NCBI RefSeq assembly: GCF_965641715.1
Contig: NZ_OZ282453.1
Source of the DNA: Escherichia coli
GTDB lineage: Bacteria; Pseudomonadota; Gammaproteobacteria; Enterobacterales; Enterobacteriaceae
Length of the DNA stretch: 64,000 nt
Direction: 5' to 3' (one strand)
Part shown: positions 53,622 through 64,000 of the stretch, in pieces
Layout of the letters: the number at the start of each line of letters is the position of its first letter
Position numbering within the stretch: position 1 is the first letter of the stretch
The notes under the pieces: generated by a model
The model's database searches: none
Seen by the model: the letters and a program-made list of their open reading frames with translations, nothing else
Told to the model about the DNA's origin: nothing
Translations under genes and position numbers: made by a program

Positions 53622-55943
53622 TTAACGTTTTTTGCCCATTGCTGCCGCCAGCGCGTCCATCATCGCGCTGTTACCGGCAGGCTGCGCTTCACGACCGCGT
53701 GGTTTGGCTGCCGGGCGGTTGTTTTGCGGGCGATCGTTACCGCCGCCGCGACGAGCGTTGGTTTCGCCAGGCTGCTCGTCCAGACGCATAGTCAGGGCGA
53801 TACGTTTACGCTGAAGATCCACTTCCAGCACTTTCACCTTCACAATGTCGCCCGCTTTCACCACGGTATGCGGATCTTCCACAAACTTGTTCGACAATGA
53901 AGAGATGTGAACCAGGCCGTCCTGATGCACGCCGATATCGACAAACGCGCCAAAGTTGGTGACGTTGGTGACAGCGCCTTCGAGGATCATACCCGGTTGC
54001 AGGTCGTTCATTGTCTCGACGCCATCGGCAAACTGAGCGGTTTTAAATTCCGGACGCGGATCGCGACCCGGTTTTTCCAGCTCTTTGATGATGTCAGTTA
54101 CTGTCGGCACACCGAATTTTTCATCAGTAAAGTCAGACGCTTTCAGGTTACGCAGTTCGCTGCTGTTACCCATCAGATCTTTCAGTGCCTGCTGTGTTGC
54201 TGCCAGAATGCGTTCCACCACCGGATAGGCTTCCGGGTGAACGGTAGAGGCGTCCAGCGGGTTATCACCGTGGTTAATGCGCAGGAAGCCCGCGCACTGC
54301 TCGAAGGCTTTCGGCCCCAGACGGCTCACTTTTAACAGTTGCTGACGGTTCTGGAACTGGCCGTTCTCATCGCGCCAGGCTACGATGTTTTGCGCCATCA
54401 TGCGCGTCAGGCCCGCCACGCGGGTTAACAGCGGAACAGAAGCAGTGTTGAGATCGACGCCAACGGCGTTTACGCAGTCTTCTACTACTGCATCCAGTTT
54501 GCGGGCCAGTTGCGTCTGGCTGACGTCATGCTGATACTGACCTACGCCGATAGATTTCGGATCGATTTTCACCAGCTCCGCCAGCGGATCCTGCAAACGG
54601 CGGGCGATAGAAACCGCGCCACGCAGCGAAACGTCGAGATCCGGGAACTCCTGCGCTGCCAGCTCGGAAGCCGAGTAAACCGACGCGCCAGCTTCGCTGA
54701 CGATCACTTTCTGTGCGGTCACTTTCGGGAACTGCTTCTGCACGTCGAGATAGAAACGTTCGGTTTCGCGGGAAGCTGTACCGTTGCCGATCGCCACCAG
54801 TTCAACGTTATGCTTTTCACACAGCGCAGCAACAGTCATCGCTGCTTTTGCGGCTTGTCCGGTGTGCGGGTAAATGGTATCGGTCGCTACCAGTTTGCCA
54901 GTGGCATCGACCACCGCCACTTTTACCCCAGTACGCAGACCCGGATCGAGGCCCATCGTTGCACGCAGTCCGGCAGGGGCCGCCATCAGCAGATCGTGCA
55001 GGTTACGGGCAAAGACGTTGATTGCTTCATCTTCCGCGCGTTCGCGCACGGTGCCCATCAGTTCGGTTTCCAGATGCATCAGCACCTTGATGCGCCAGGT
55101 CCAGCTCACCACGCCTTTGCGCCAGCTATCCGCCGGAGCATTGTTCAGGCGCAGGCCGAGATGATCCATGATGATTTGCTCGCAATAGCTCTCTTTTGGC
55201 GGCTCATCGAACTGCGGATCGGCATTCAGCGAAAGCTGGAGTACGCCTTCGTTACGCCCACGGAACATCGCCAGCGCGCGGTGAGAAGGCACCGTTGACA
55301 GCGGTTCGTGATGATCGAAATAGTCGCGGAATTTCGCCCCTTCCTCTTCTTTACCGCTCACCACCGTAGAAACCAAATGCGCGTTCTTCCACAGATAATC
55401 ACGCACTTTCGCCAGCAGCGCGGCATCTTCGGCAAACCGTTCCATCAGGATATAGCGCGCGCCGTCCAGCGCGGCTTTGGTATCTGCCACGCCTTTATCG
55501 GCATCAACATATTGTGCAGCGGCGACTTCTGGCGTGTGTGACGGATCGCTCCACAGCAGGTCAGCCAACGGCTCAAGCCCTGCTTCAATGGCGATTTGCC
55601 CGCGGGTGCGGCGTTTAGGTTTGTAGGGCAGGTAGAGGTCTTCGAGTTCGGTTTTGCTTAGGGTGGCGTTGATGGCATTCGCCAGATCATCGGTGAGTTT
55701 GCCTTGCTCGGAAATGGACTTGAGGATCGCCTGACGTCTCTCTTCCAGCTCGCGCAGGTATCCCAGACGCGTTTCCAGATTACGCAGCTGCGTGTCATCC
55801 AGACCGCCGGTGATTTCCTTACGATAACGTGCGATAAACGGCACGGTATTCCCTTCGTCAAGCAGGCGAACGGCAGCGTCAACCTGTTCCGGGCGCGCCT
55901 GAATTTCACCCGCAATAATGCGGCAGAACGAATCATTCATCAT
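53622..55943 (-). CDS. tex: transcription accessory protein Tex (S1 domain, YqgF-like)
   Basis: 773-aa ORF ([21 protein letters not shown]...). Confidence 0.95.
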   Translation of the reverse strand: MMNDSFCRIIAGEIQARPEQVDAAVRLLDEGNTVPFIARYRKEITGGLDDTQLRNLETRLGYLRELEERRQAILKSISEQGKLTDDLANAINATLSKTELEDLYLPYKPKRRTRGQIAIEAGLEPLADLLWSDPSHTPEVAAAQYVDADKGVADTKAALDGARYILMERFAEDAALLAKVRDYLWKNAHLVSTVVSGKEEEGAKFRDYFDHHEPLSTVPSHRALAMFRGRNEGVLQLSLNADPQFDEPPKESYCEQIIMDHLGLRLNNAPADSWRKGVVSWTWRIKVLMHLETELMGTVRERAEDEAINVFARNLHDLLMAAPAGLRATMGLDPGLRTGVKVAVVDATGKLVATDTIYPHTGQAAKAAMTVAALCEKHNVELVAIGNGTASRETERFYLDVQKQFPKVTAQKVIVSEAGASVYSASELAAQEFPDLDVSLRGAVSIARRLQDPLAELVKIDPKSIGVGQYQHDVSQTQLARKLDAVVEDCVNAVGVDLNTASVPLLTRVAGLTRMMAQNIVAWRDENGQFQNRQQLLKVSRLGPKAFEQCAGFLRINHGDNPLDASTVHPEAYPVVERILAATQQALKDLMGNSSELRNLKASDFTDEKFGVPTVTDIIKELEKPGRDPRPEFKTAQFADGVETMNDLQPGMILEGAVTNVTNFGAFVDIGVHQDGLVHISSLSNKFVEDPHTVVKAGDIVKVKVLEVDLQRKRIALTMRLDEQPGETNARRGGGNDRPQNNRPAAKPRGREAQPAGNSAMMDALAAAMGKKR

Positions 55944-56039
55944 GGTTTGAGTTCATCTTTTCGGATCAAAAATCAGGGGATAGTTATACGGACTGGCTGG
56001 CAAAAATGCCAGCCATCGGCAGGAGGTTAAGACTCTTCC

Positions 56040-56516
56040 TTACGGTTTCACGTACTCGATAGCATTAACATACCAGCTCGCTTCCCCGGCAGGGGTATTC
56101 ACCACCGCCAGATCGCCGACTTCTTTTTTCAGCAATGCGCGGGCCATTGGGGAATCGATAGAGATGTAATCTTTACGGCCAAAAATTTCATCGTAGCCGA
56201 CAATACGGAAGCGGTGAGTCACGCCATCGTCGTTTTCAATCTCCACCCACGCGCCAAAAAAGACTTTGCCTTCCTGCTGCGGGGAGTAATCGACGATTTT
56301 GAGATTTTCCATGCATTTAGTGAGATAGCGCACGCGACGGTCGATTTCACGCAGGCGCTTTTTATTATACTGATAGTCAGCATTTTCGCTGCGGTCGCCC
56401 AGACTTGCGGCCCAGGTCACCTTTTTTGTGACCTCCGGGCGTTCTTCACGCCAGAGATAATTAAGCTCTTGTTTGAGTTTTTCATACCCTTCCCGGGTAA
56501 CCAGGGGCGTTTTCAT
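56040..56516 (-). CDS. greB: transcription elongation factor GreB
   Basis: Frame of ORF 56040..56552; start MKTPLVTREGYEKLKQEL at 56516; 158 aa. Confidence 0.95.
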   Translation of the reverse strand: MKTPLVTREGYEKLKQELNYLWREERPEVTKKVTWAASLGDRSENADYQYNKKRLREIDRRVRYLTKCMENLKIVDYSPQQEGKVFFGAWVEIENDDGVTHRFRIVGYDEIFGRKDYISIDSPMARALLKKEVGDLAVVNTPAGEASWYVNAIEYVKP

Positions 56517-56743
56517 CTCGTTGATTCCCTTTGTCTGTTTGATAATGCGCACATTGGGTATAACGTGATCATATCAACAGAATCAATAATGTTTCGCCGA
56601 ATAAATTGTATACTTAAGCTGCTGTTTAATATGCTTTGTAACAATTTAGGCTGAAATTCATACCAGATTTAGCTGGTGACGAACGTGAGCTTTTTTAAGA
56701 ATACACGCTTACAAATTGTTGCGAACCTTTGGGAGTACAAACA

Positions 56744-58812
<2,069 letters not shown>

Positions 58813-58815
58813 ATA

Positions 58816-58850
58816 AACGGGAGGCGAAGGTGCCTCCCGTTTTGCTTTCT
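58816..58850. terminator. bidirectional Rho-independent terminator between envZ and pck
   Basis: AACGGGAGGC (58816..58825) / GCCTCCCGTT (58832..58841), loop GAAGGT, T-run after on plus and TTTATTT after on minus. Confidence 0.8.
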
Positions 58851-58887
58851 ATAAGATACTGGATAGATATTCTCCAGCTTCAAATCA

Positions 58888-60510
58888 TTACAGTTTCGGA
58901 CCAGCCGCTACCAGCGCGGCACCCGCAGGGGTGTCGGTGTATTTATCGAAGTTGTCGATAAACAGTTTCGCCAGGGTTTCGGCTTTTTCCTGCCACTGTT
59001 CCGGAGAAGCGTAGGTGTTACGCGGATCGAGGATCTTAGTGTCAACACCCGGCAGCTCGGTCGGGATCGCCAGGTTAAACATCGGCAGAGTGAAAGTTTC
59101 TGCGTTGTCCAGCGAACCGTTGAGGATAGCGTCGATAATGGCGCGGGTATCTTTAATCGAGATACGTTTGCCAGTGCCGTTCCAGCCAGTGTTAACCAGA
59201 TAAGCCTGCGCGCCCGCCGCCTGCATACGTTTCACCAGCACTTCTGCGTACTGAGTCGGGTGCAGCGACAGGAATGCCGCGCCGAAGCAAGCGGAGAAGG
59301 TTGGCGTCGGTTCGGTGATGCCACGCTCAGTACCGGCCAGTTTGGCGGTGAAGCCAGAGAGGAAGTGGTACTGGGTTTGATCGGCAGTCAGACGAGAAAC
59401 CGGCGGCAGCACACCAAAGGCGTCTGCGGTCAGGAAGATAACTTTCGTTGCGTGACCCGCTTTTGAAACCGGCTTAACGATGTTATCGATGTGATAGATC
59501 GGATAAGAAACGCGGGTGTTCTCGGTTTTTGAACCATCATCAAAGTCGATAGTGCCATCTTCACGCACGGTGACGTTTTCCAGCAGCGCATCGCGACGGA
59601 TAGCGTTGTAGATTTCAGGTTCCGCTTCTTTCGACAGCTTGATAGTTTTTGCGTAGCAGCCGCCTTCGAAGTTAAACACGCCGTCATCGTCCCAGCCGTG
59701 TTCGTCATCGCCAATCAGGCGACGTTTCGGGTCGGTGGAAAGGGTGGTTTTACCGGTGCCGGAAAGGCCGAAGAACACCGCAACATCGCCTTTCTCGCCA
59801 ACGTTGGCGGAGCAGTGCATAGAAGCGATACCTTTCAGCGGCAGCAGGTAGTTCATCATCGAGAACATCCCTTTCTTCATTTCGCCGCCATACCAGGTGC
59901 CGCCAATCAGCTGCATGCGCTCGGTCAGGTTAAAAGCCACGAAGTTTTCGGAATTCAGACCCTGTTCTTTCCACTGCGGGTTAGTGCACTTCGCGCCGTT
60001 CATAACGATAAAGTCTGGTTTGAAACCTGCCAACTCTTCATCGCTCGGGCGAATAAACATGTTTTTGACAAAATGCGCCTGCCAGGCCACTTCGGTGATG
60101 AAACGGACGGAAAGACGAGTATCCGGGTTCGCACCACAGAAGGCGTCGACAACGAACAGACGTTTGCCGGAAAGCTGTTTGGTCACCAGGCCTTTCAGAT
60201 GTTGCCAGGTTTCCGGAGAGAGAGGTTTGTTATCGTTCTTACCTTTGCCTTTGTCTGCCCACCAGAAAGTATCGCGAGTGGTATCGTCACGGACGATATA
60301 CTTATCTTTTGGTGAACGACCGGTGAAGATCCCGGTATCGACGGCAACGGCACCCAGATTAGTTAACACCCCGCGCTCATAACCTGTCAGGCTCGGATCG
60401 AGCTCTTCCTGATACAGCAGGTCGTAGCTTGGGTTGTAAACGATATCATGTACGTCACTGATACCATAAGCCTCGAGTTCTTGCGGGGTCAAACCATTGT
60501 TAACGCGCAT
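58888..60510 (-). CDS. pck: phosphoenolpyruvate carboxykinase (ATP)
   Basis: Frame of ORF 58888..60579; start [21 protein letters not shown] at 60510; ATP-binding [11 protein letters not shown]; 540 aa. Confidence 0.95.
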
Positions 60511-60888
60511 TTCACTGCTCCTTAGCCAATATGTATTGCCTGAATAGTAAAGTCTTTTTGGGGGTGTTAACCGCGACAAGGCTCATAGATTTACGTATCT
60601 GGAGAAATTCATATTTGACAAAAAACTCCGTGATTCCTGTCACGAAACGGTTGCTATTATCGCAGAAATAGCATTTTAGGTGTGGAAAATGTTCTCAAAA
60701 GGTTAAATCTTGGTTTATATGGCGGGAATATTGTGAGTGGAATCGCATTCCTGAATGAAATTGATGCAAATTCAACCGGTAAAGTATCGATTCACCACGC
60801 TAACTTTTTTTGATTATTTTCTGAAAAAAGCAAAATACTACTGCCCGGATGCGATAATTAACCCACCTTTTGATTCTGGATAACCAAC

Positions 60889-62613
60889 ATGGATAACGTT
60901 GAACTTTCACCCGCAACACGCTGGGGGATGATTGCTACCGGATTACTTCAGGGGCTGGTTTGCTATCTGCTGATCGCCTGGCTTGCCGGAAAAAATCACA
61001 GTTGGATTGTTTATGGCGTGCCTGCGACCGTTGCGTTTTCATCCGTTTTACTCTTCTCCGTGATCTCTTTTAAACAGAAGCGCCTTTGGGGATGGCTGGC
61101 GCTGGTGTTTATTGCCACGCTGGGGATGAGCGGCTGGTTGAAGTGGCAAACTGATGGCATGAACCCCTGGAGAGCTGAAAAGGCGCTTTGGGATTTTGGC
61201 TGCTATCTGCTGCTGATGGCAATGTTGTTGCTACCGTGGATACAACAAAGCCTTCGTATCCGCAATGACAGTAGCCGCTATCGCTATTTTTACCAGTCAG
61301 TATGGCATAACGTACTTATATTACAGGTTATTTTTCTCGCCAATGGCCTGACGTGGCTGGTGCTTTTACTGTGGGGTGAGTTGTTTAAACTTGTTGGCAT
61401 CACGTTTTTCAATACGCTCTTTTTTGCAACCGACTGGTTTATGTATCTTACATTAGGTCTGGTTACCGCGCTGGCGTTGATCCTCGCGCGAACACAGTCA
61501 CGTTTAATCGACTCTATTCAAAAGTTGTTCACGTTAATCGCCACGGGGTTGCTGCCGTTAGTATCATTGCTAACCCTGATGTTTATCATCACCCTGCCGT
61601 TTACAGGCCTGAGTGCGATTTCTCGCCACATCTCCGCCGCTGGGTTGCTGTTAACGCTGGCCTTTTTGCAATTGATCTTAATGGCTATTGTCCGCGATCC
61701 GCAAAAAGCGTCACTTCCCTGGACGGGGCCGTTGCGTTGCCTGATTAAAACCGCTTTGCTGGTTGCTCCGCTGTATGTGTTCGTCGCCGCCTGGGCGTTA
61801 TGGCTGCGGGTCGCTCAGTACGGCTGGACTGTCGACCGCTTGCAGGGCGCGCTGGCGGTGCTGGTGTTACTGGTATGGTCGCTGGGGTATTTTGTCAGTA
61901 TCGTATGGCGTAAAGGGCAAAATCCCCTTGTTCTTCAGGGCAAAGTGAACCTTGCGGTTTCGTTATTGGTGTTGGTAATACTGGTGCTTCTTAATTCTCC
62001 GGTGCTGGACAGTATGCGCATTAGCGTGAACAGTCATATGGCGCGTTATCAGAGTGGCAAAAACACGCCAGACCAGGTAACTATCTACATGCTCGAACAG
62101 AGCGGTCGCTATGGACGTGCGGCGCTTGAGTCGCTGAAAAGCGATGCCGGGTTTATGAAAGACCCGAAACGTGCGCGGGATCTGTTGATGGCGTTAGATG
62201 GAGAGCAACATCTTCAGCAACAGATATCGGAAAAAGTATTAGCCGAAAATGTGTTAATTGCCCCTGGTTCTGGTAAACCGGATGCGACATTCTGGTCGGC
62301 CTTAATCCAGGATCGCTATAACGTGATGACCTGTATTGAAAAAGACGCCTGCGTACTGGTCGAGCAAGATCTGAATAGTGATGGCAGGGCAGAGCGGATC
62401 CTCTTTGCCTTTGATGATGAAAGATACATTGTCTATGGCTTTGATCCTGACAAGAAAGAATGGCAAGAGCTTACGATGAGTTTACTTCCGCGTGATATAA
62501 CGAAAGAAAAATTACTCACAGCTGCGAAGGATGGAAAACTGGGAACGAAGCTCAAAGCGTGGCGCGATCTTGTAGTGGATGGTGAAAGGCTGGATGTGAA
62601 TCTGAATGAGTGA
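60889..62613 (+). CDS. yhgE: polytopic inner membrane protein
   Basis: 574-aa ORF, highly hydrophobic N-terminal two-thirds; position between pck and hslO. Confidence 0.85.
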   Translation: MDNVELSPATRWGMIATGLLQGLVCYLLIAWLAGKNHSWIVYGVPATVAFSSVLLFSVISFKQKRLWGWLALVFIATLGMSGWLKWQTDGMNPWRAEKALWDFGCYLLLMAMLLLPWIQQSLRIRNDSSRYRYFYQSVWHNVLILQVIFLANGLTWLVLLLWGELFKLVGITFFNTLFFATDWFMYLTLGLVTALALILARTQSRLIDSIQKLFTLIATGLLPLVSLLTLMFIITLPFTGLSAISRHISAAGLLLTLAFLQLILMAIVRDPQKASLPWTGPLRCLIKTALLVAPLYVFVAAWALWLRVAQYGWTVDRLQGALAVLVLLVWSLGYFVSIVWRKGQNPLVLQGKVNLAVSLLVLVILVLLNSPVLDSMRISVNSHMARYQSGKNTPDQVTIYMLEQSGRYGRAALESLKSDAGFMKDPKRARDLLMALDGEQHLQQQISEKVLAENVLIAPGSGKPDATFWSALIQDRYNVMTCIEKDACVLVEQDLNSDGRAERILFAFDDERYIVYGFDPDKKEWQELTMSLLPRDITKEKLLTAAKDGKLGTKLKAWRDLVVDGERLDVNLNE

Positions 62614-62675
62614 CAAAGCGCATCAGGTGTATTAGTCGTAAAATCCGGCAGAACCCTCTCTGCCGGACATACTCA

Positions 62676-63560
62676 TTAATGAACTTGCGGATCTGCCGGA
62701 GACGCGTTGTTGCGGATTTCAGCAATATCCATCGCATTGAACAGATAGTGGTTACCGCAGTAATCACAATGCATGTCAATTTCGCCATCTTCCGCCAGGA
62801 TGCTATCGACTTCTTCATCAGGCAGCGTTTTCAGCGCATCGGCGCAACGTTCACGCGAGCAGGTGCATTTGAACTCCACATCCTGCGGATCGTAAACCGT
62901 CACCTCTTCTTCGTGATACAAACGCCACAACACTTCGTTTGCCGGTAAGGTCAGCAGTTCTTCGGTTTTGATGGTTTCGGTTAGCGTCGCCAGGTGGTCA
63001 AAGTCGTCCTGCTGGGCATTTTGCGCAGGCATTACCTGCAACAACATACCGCCTGCAGCCGGTTTGCCGTCTACGTCGCCGGTGCGAATAAACAGACGCG
63101 TCGGCAGCTGTTCAGAACGCATAAAGTAATCTTCCAGGCAGGCCGCCAGGGTATCACCTTCCAGACCCACCACGCCCTGATAGCGTTCACCTTCGCTCGG
63201 GGTAATGGTGATCACCACGTAACCATTGACGACCAGCGTTTTCAGGTCGGCATTTTCTGGAATTTCGCCCTGCACGCGCGCCACACCGCGCATCTGCTGG
63301 TTGTTGTTACCGTTAATAACCGCCAGATTCATCGGACCGTCGCCTTGCAGCTGTACGGTGATATCACCATCAAACTTCAGCGTAGCGGTTAACAGGCTGG
63401 TCGCAACCAGCAGTTCTGCCAGCACGTTTTTAACGGGCTGCGGATAATCGTGATTCTCAAGGATCTGTTGCAGGGTTTCCGAAACGGTTACCAGTTCGCC
63501 GCGAACGGCAAAGTTTTCAAACAGATAGCGATGTAATTGGTCATGTTGCGGCATAATCAT
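62676..63560 (-). CDS. hslO: redox-regulated chaperone Hsp33
   Basis: 294-aa ORF; C-terminal zinc centre CTCSRERC...CDYCGNHY; the start may be 2 codons later (MPQHDQ...). Confidence 0.95.
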   Translation of the reverse strand: MIMPQHDQLHRYLFENFAVRGELVTVSETLQQILENHDYPQPVKNVLAELLVATSLLTATLKFDGDITVQLQGDGPMNLAVINGNNNQQMRGVARVQGEIPENADLKTLVVNGYVVITITPSEGERYQGVVGLEGDTLAACLEDYFMRSEQLPTRLFIRTGDVDGKPAAGGMLLQVMPAQNAQQDDFDHLATLTETIKTEELLTLPANEVLWRLYHEEEVTVYDPQDVEFKCTCSRERCADALKTLPDEEVDSILAEDGEIDMHCDYCGNHYLFNAMDIAEIRNNASPADPQVH

Positions 63561-63578
63561 CTCTCTTGCAGGTGACAG

Positions 63579-63980
63579 TTATTCACTGTCGCCGTGTTTA
63601 AATCGTAACAGGTCGCGGCGCTCTTTTTTGTCCGGGCGTCGGTCCGGATGCGGCATGGTTAAGGCATTAAGTTTACGTGCCAGCGCCATTTTTTCGCGTT
63701 TCTCTACACTTTCCGCAGTCTCTTCATACAGCAAGGCTGCCTCGCTGGCGGGGCGACGCTGTTCAGTAATCGCCTTTACAATCACCGTGCGTTCGTCATT
63801 TCCCTGGCGCAGAGTGAGCGTGGCATTCAGCTCGACGATTTTGCTCGGCTTGCTGCGCTGCCCGTTGTAATGCACCTTACCGCCTTCAATCATTTCACGG
63901 GCCAGCGCGCGGGTTTTATAAAAACGGGCAGCCCATAGCCATTTATCCAGTCGAACCTCAACAGCAGGTTTTTCTTTCAT
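63579..63980 (-). CDS. hslR: ribosome-associated heat shock protein Hsp15 (S4 domain)
   Basis: 133-aa ORF (MKEKPAVEVRLDKWLWAARFYKTRALA...), immediately upstream of hslO on the same strand. Confidence 0.95.
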   Translation of the reverse strand: MKEKPAVEVRLDKWLWAARFYKTRALAREMIEGGKVHYNGQRSKPSKIVELNATLTLRQGNDERTVIVKAITEQRRPASEAALLYEETAESVEKREKMALARKLNALTMPHPDRRPDKKERRDLLRFKHGDSE

Positions 63981-64000
63981 GGCGTCTCCTTCACATTAGC

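Noticed and set aside
54510-55298. 262-aa ORF (and neighbouring ORFs) antisense to tex
   Set aside because: Inside tex on the opposite strand; shadow ORFs.

Overview
This window reads as the Escherichia coli chromosome segment yhhA-ggt ... hslO-hslR, in inverted orientation relative to the K-12 map as I recall it (a database comparison would confirm). Gene identities come from the supplied translations, conserved motifs and synteny; no searches were run. The core content is housekeeping: ggt, yhhYXW, gntRKU, yhgN, asd, glgBXCAP, glpD/glpEGR, rtcR/rtcBA, malT/malPQ, gntT, nfuA, gntX, bioH, rpnA(yhgA), feoABC, tex, greB, ompR-envZ, pck, yhgE, hslO, hslR. Four accessory features stand out. (1) The headline candidate is a translationally coupled two-gene module between gntU and yhgN (10753..14051): a 698-aa RecQ-like helicase fused to a divergent ComF/GntX-type phosphoribosyltransferase-like domain, followed by a 400-aa DprA-like protein. 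This matches the architecture of helicase/PRTase plus DprA toxin-antitoxin or anti-phage modules (PsyrTA/RqlHI-like, ShosTA-like, from memory) and is mechanistically uncharacterised. (2) An AT-rich orphan T6SS-type Hcp-toxin locus downstream of ggt: an Hcp domain, an in-frame TAA, an HNH-like nuclease domain and an ATGA-overlapping putative immunity gene. (3) An IS186 copy with a 10-bp target duplication inserted in rtcA, leaving rtcB intact. (4) Two tandem paralogous PstS-like binding-protein genes between glgP and glpD, one with a polytopic membrane N-terminus, plus a coupled 44-codon hydrophobic ORF. No rRNA, tRNA or CRISPR array was seen.
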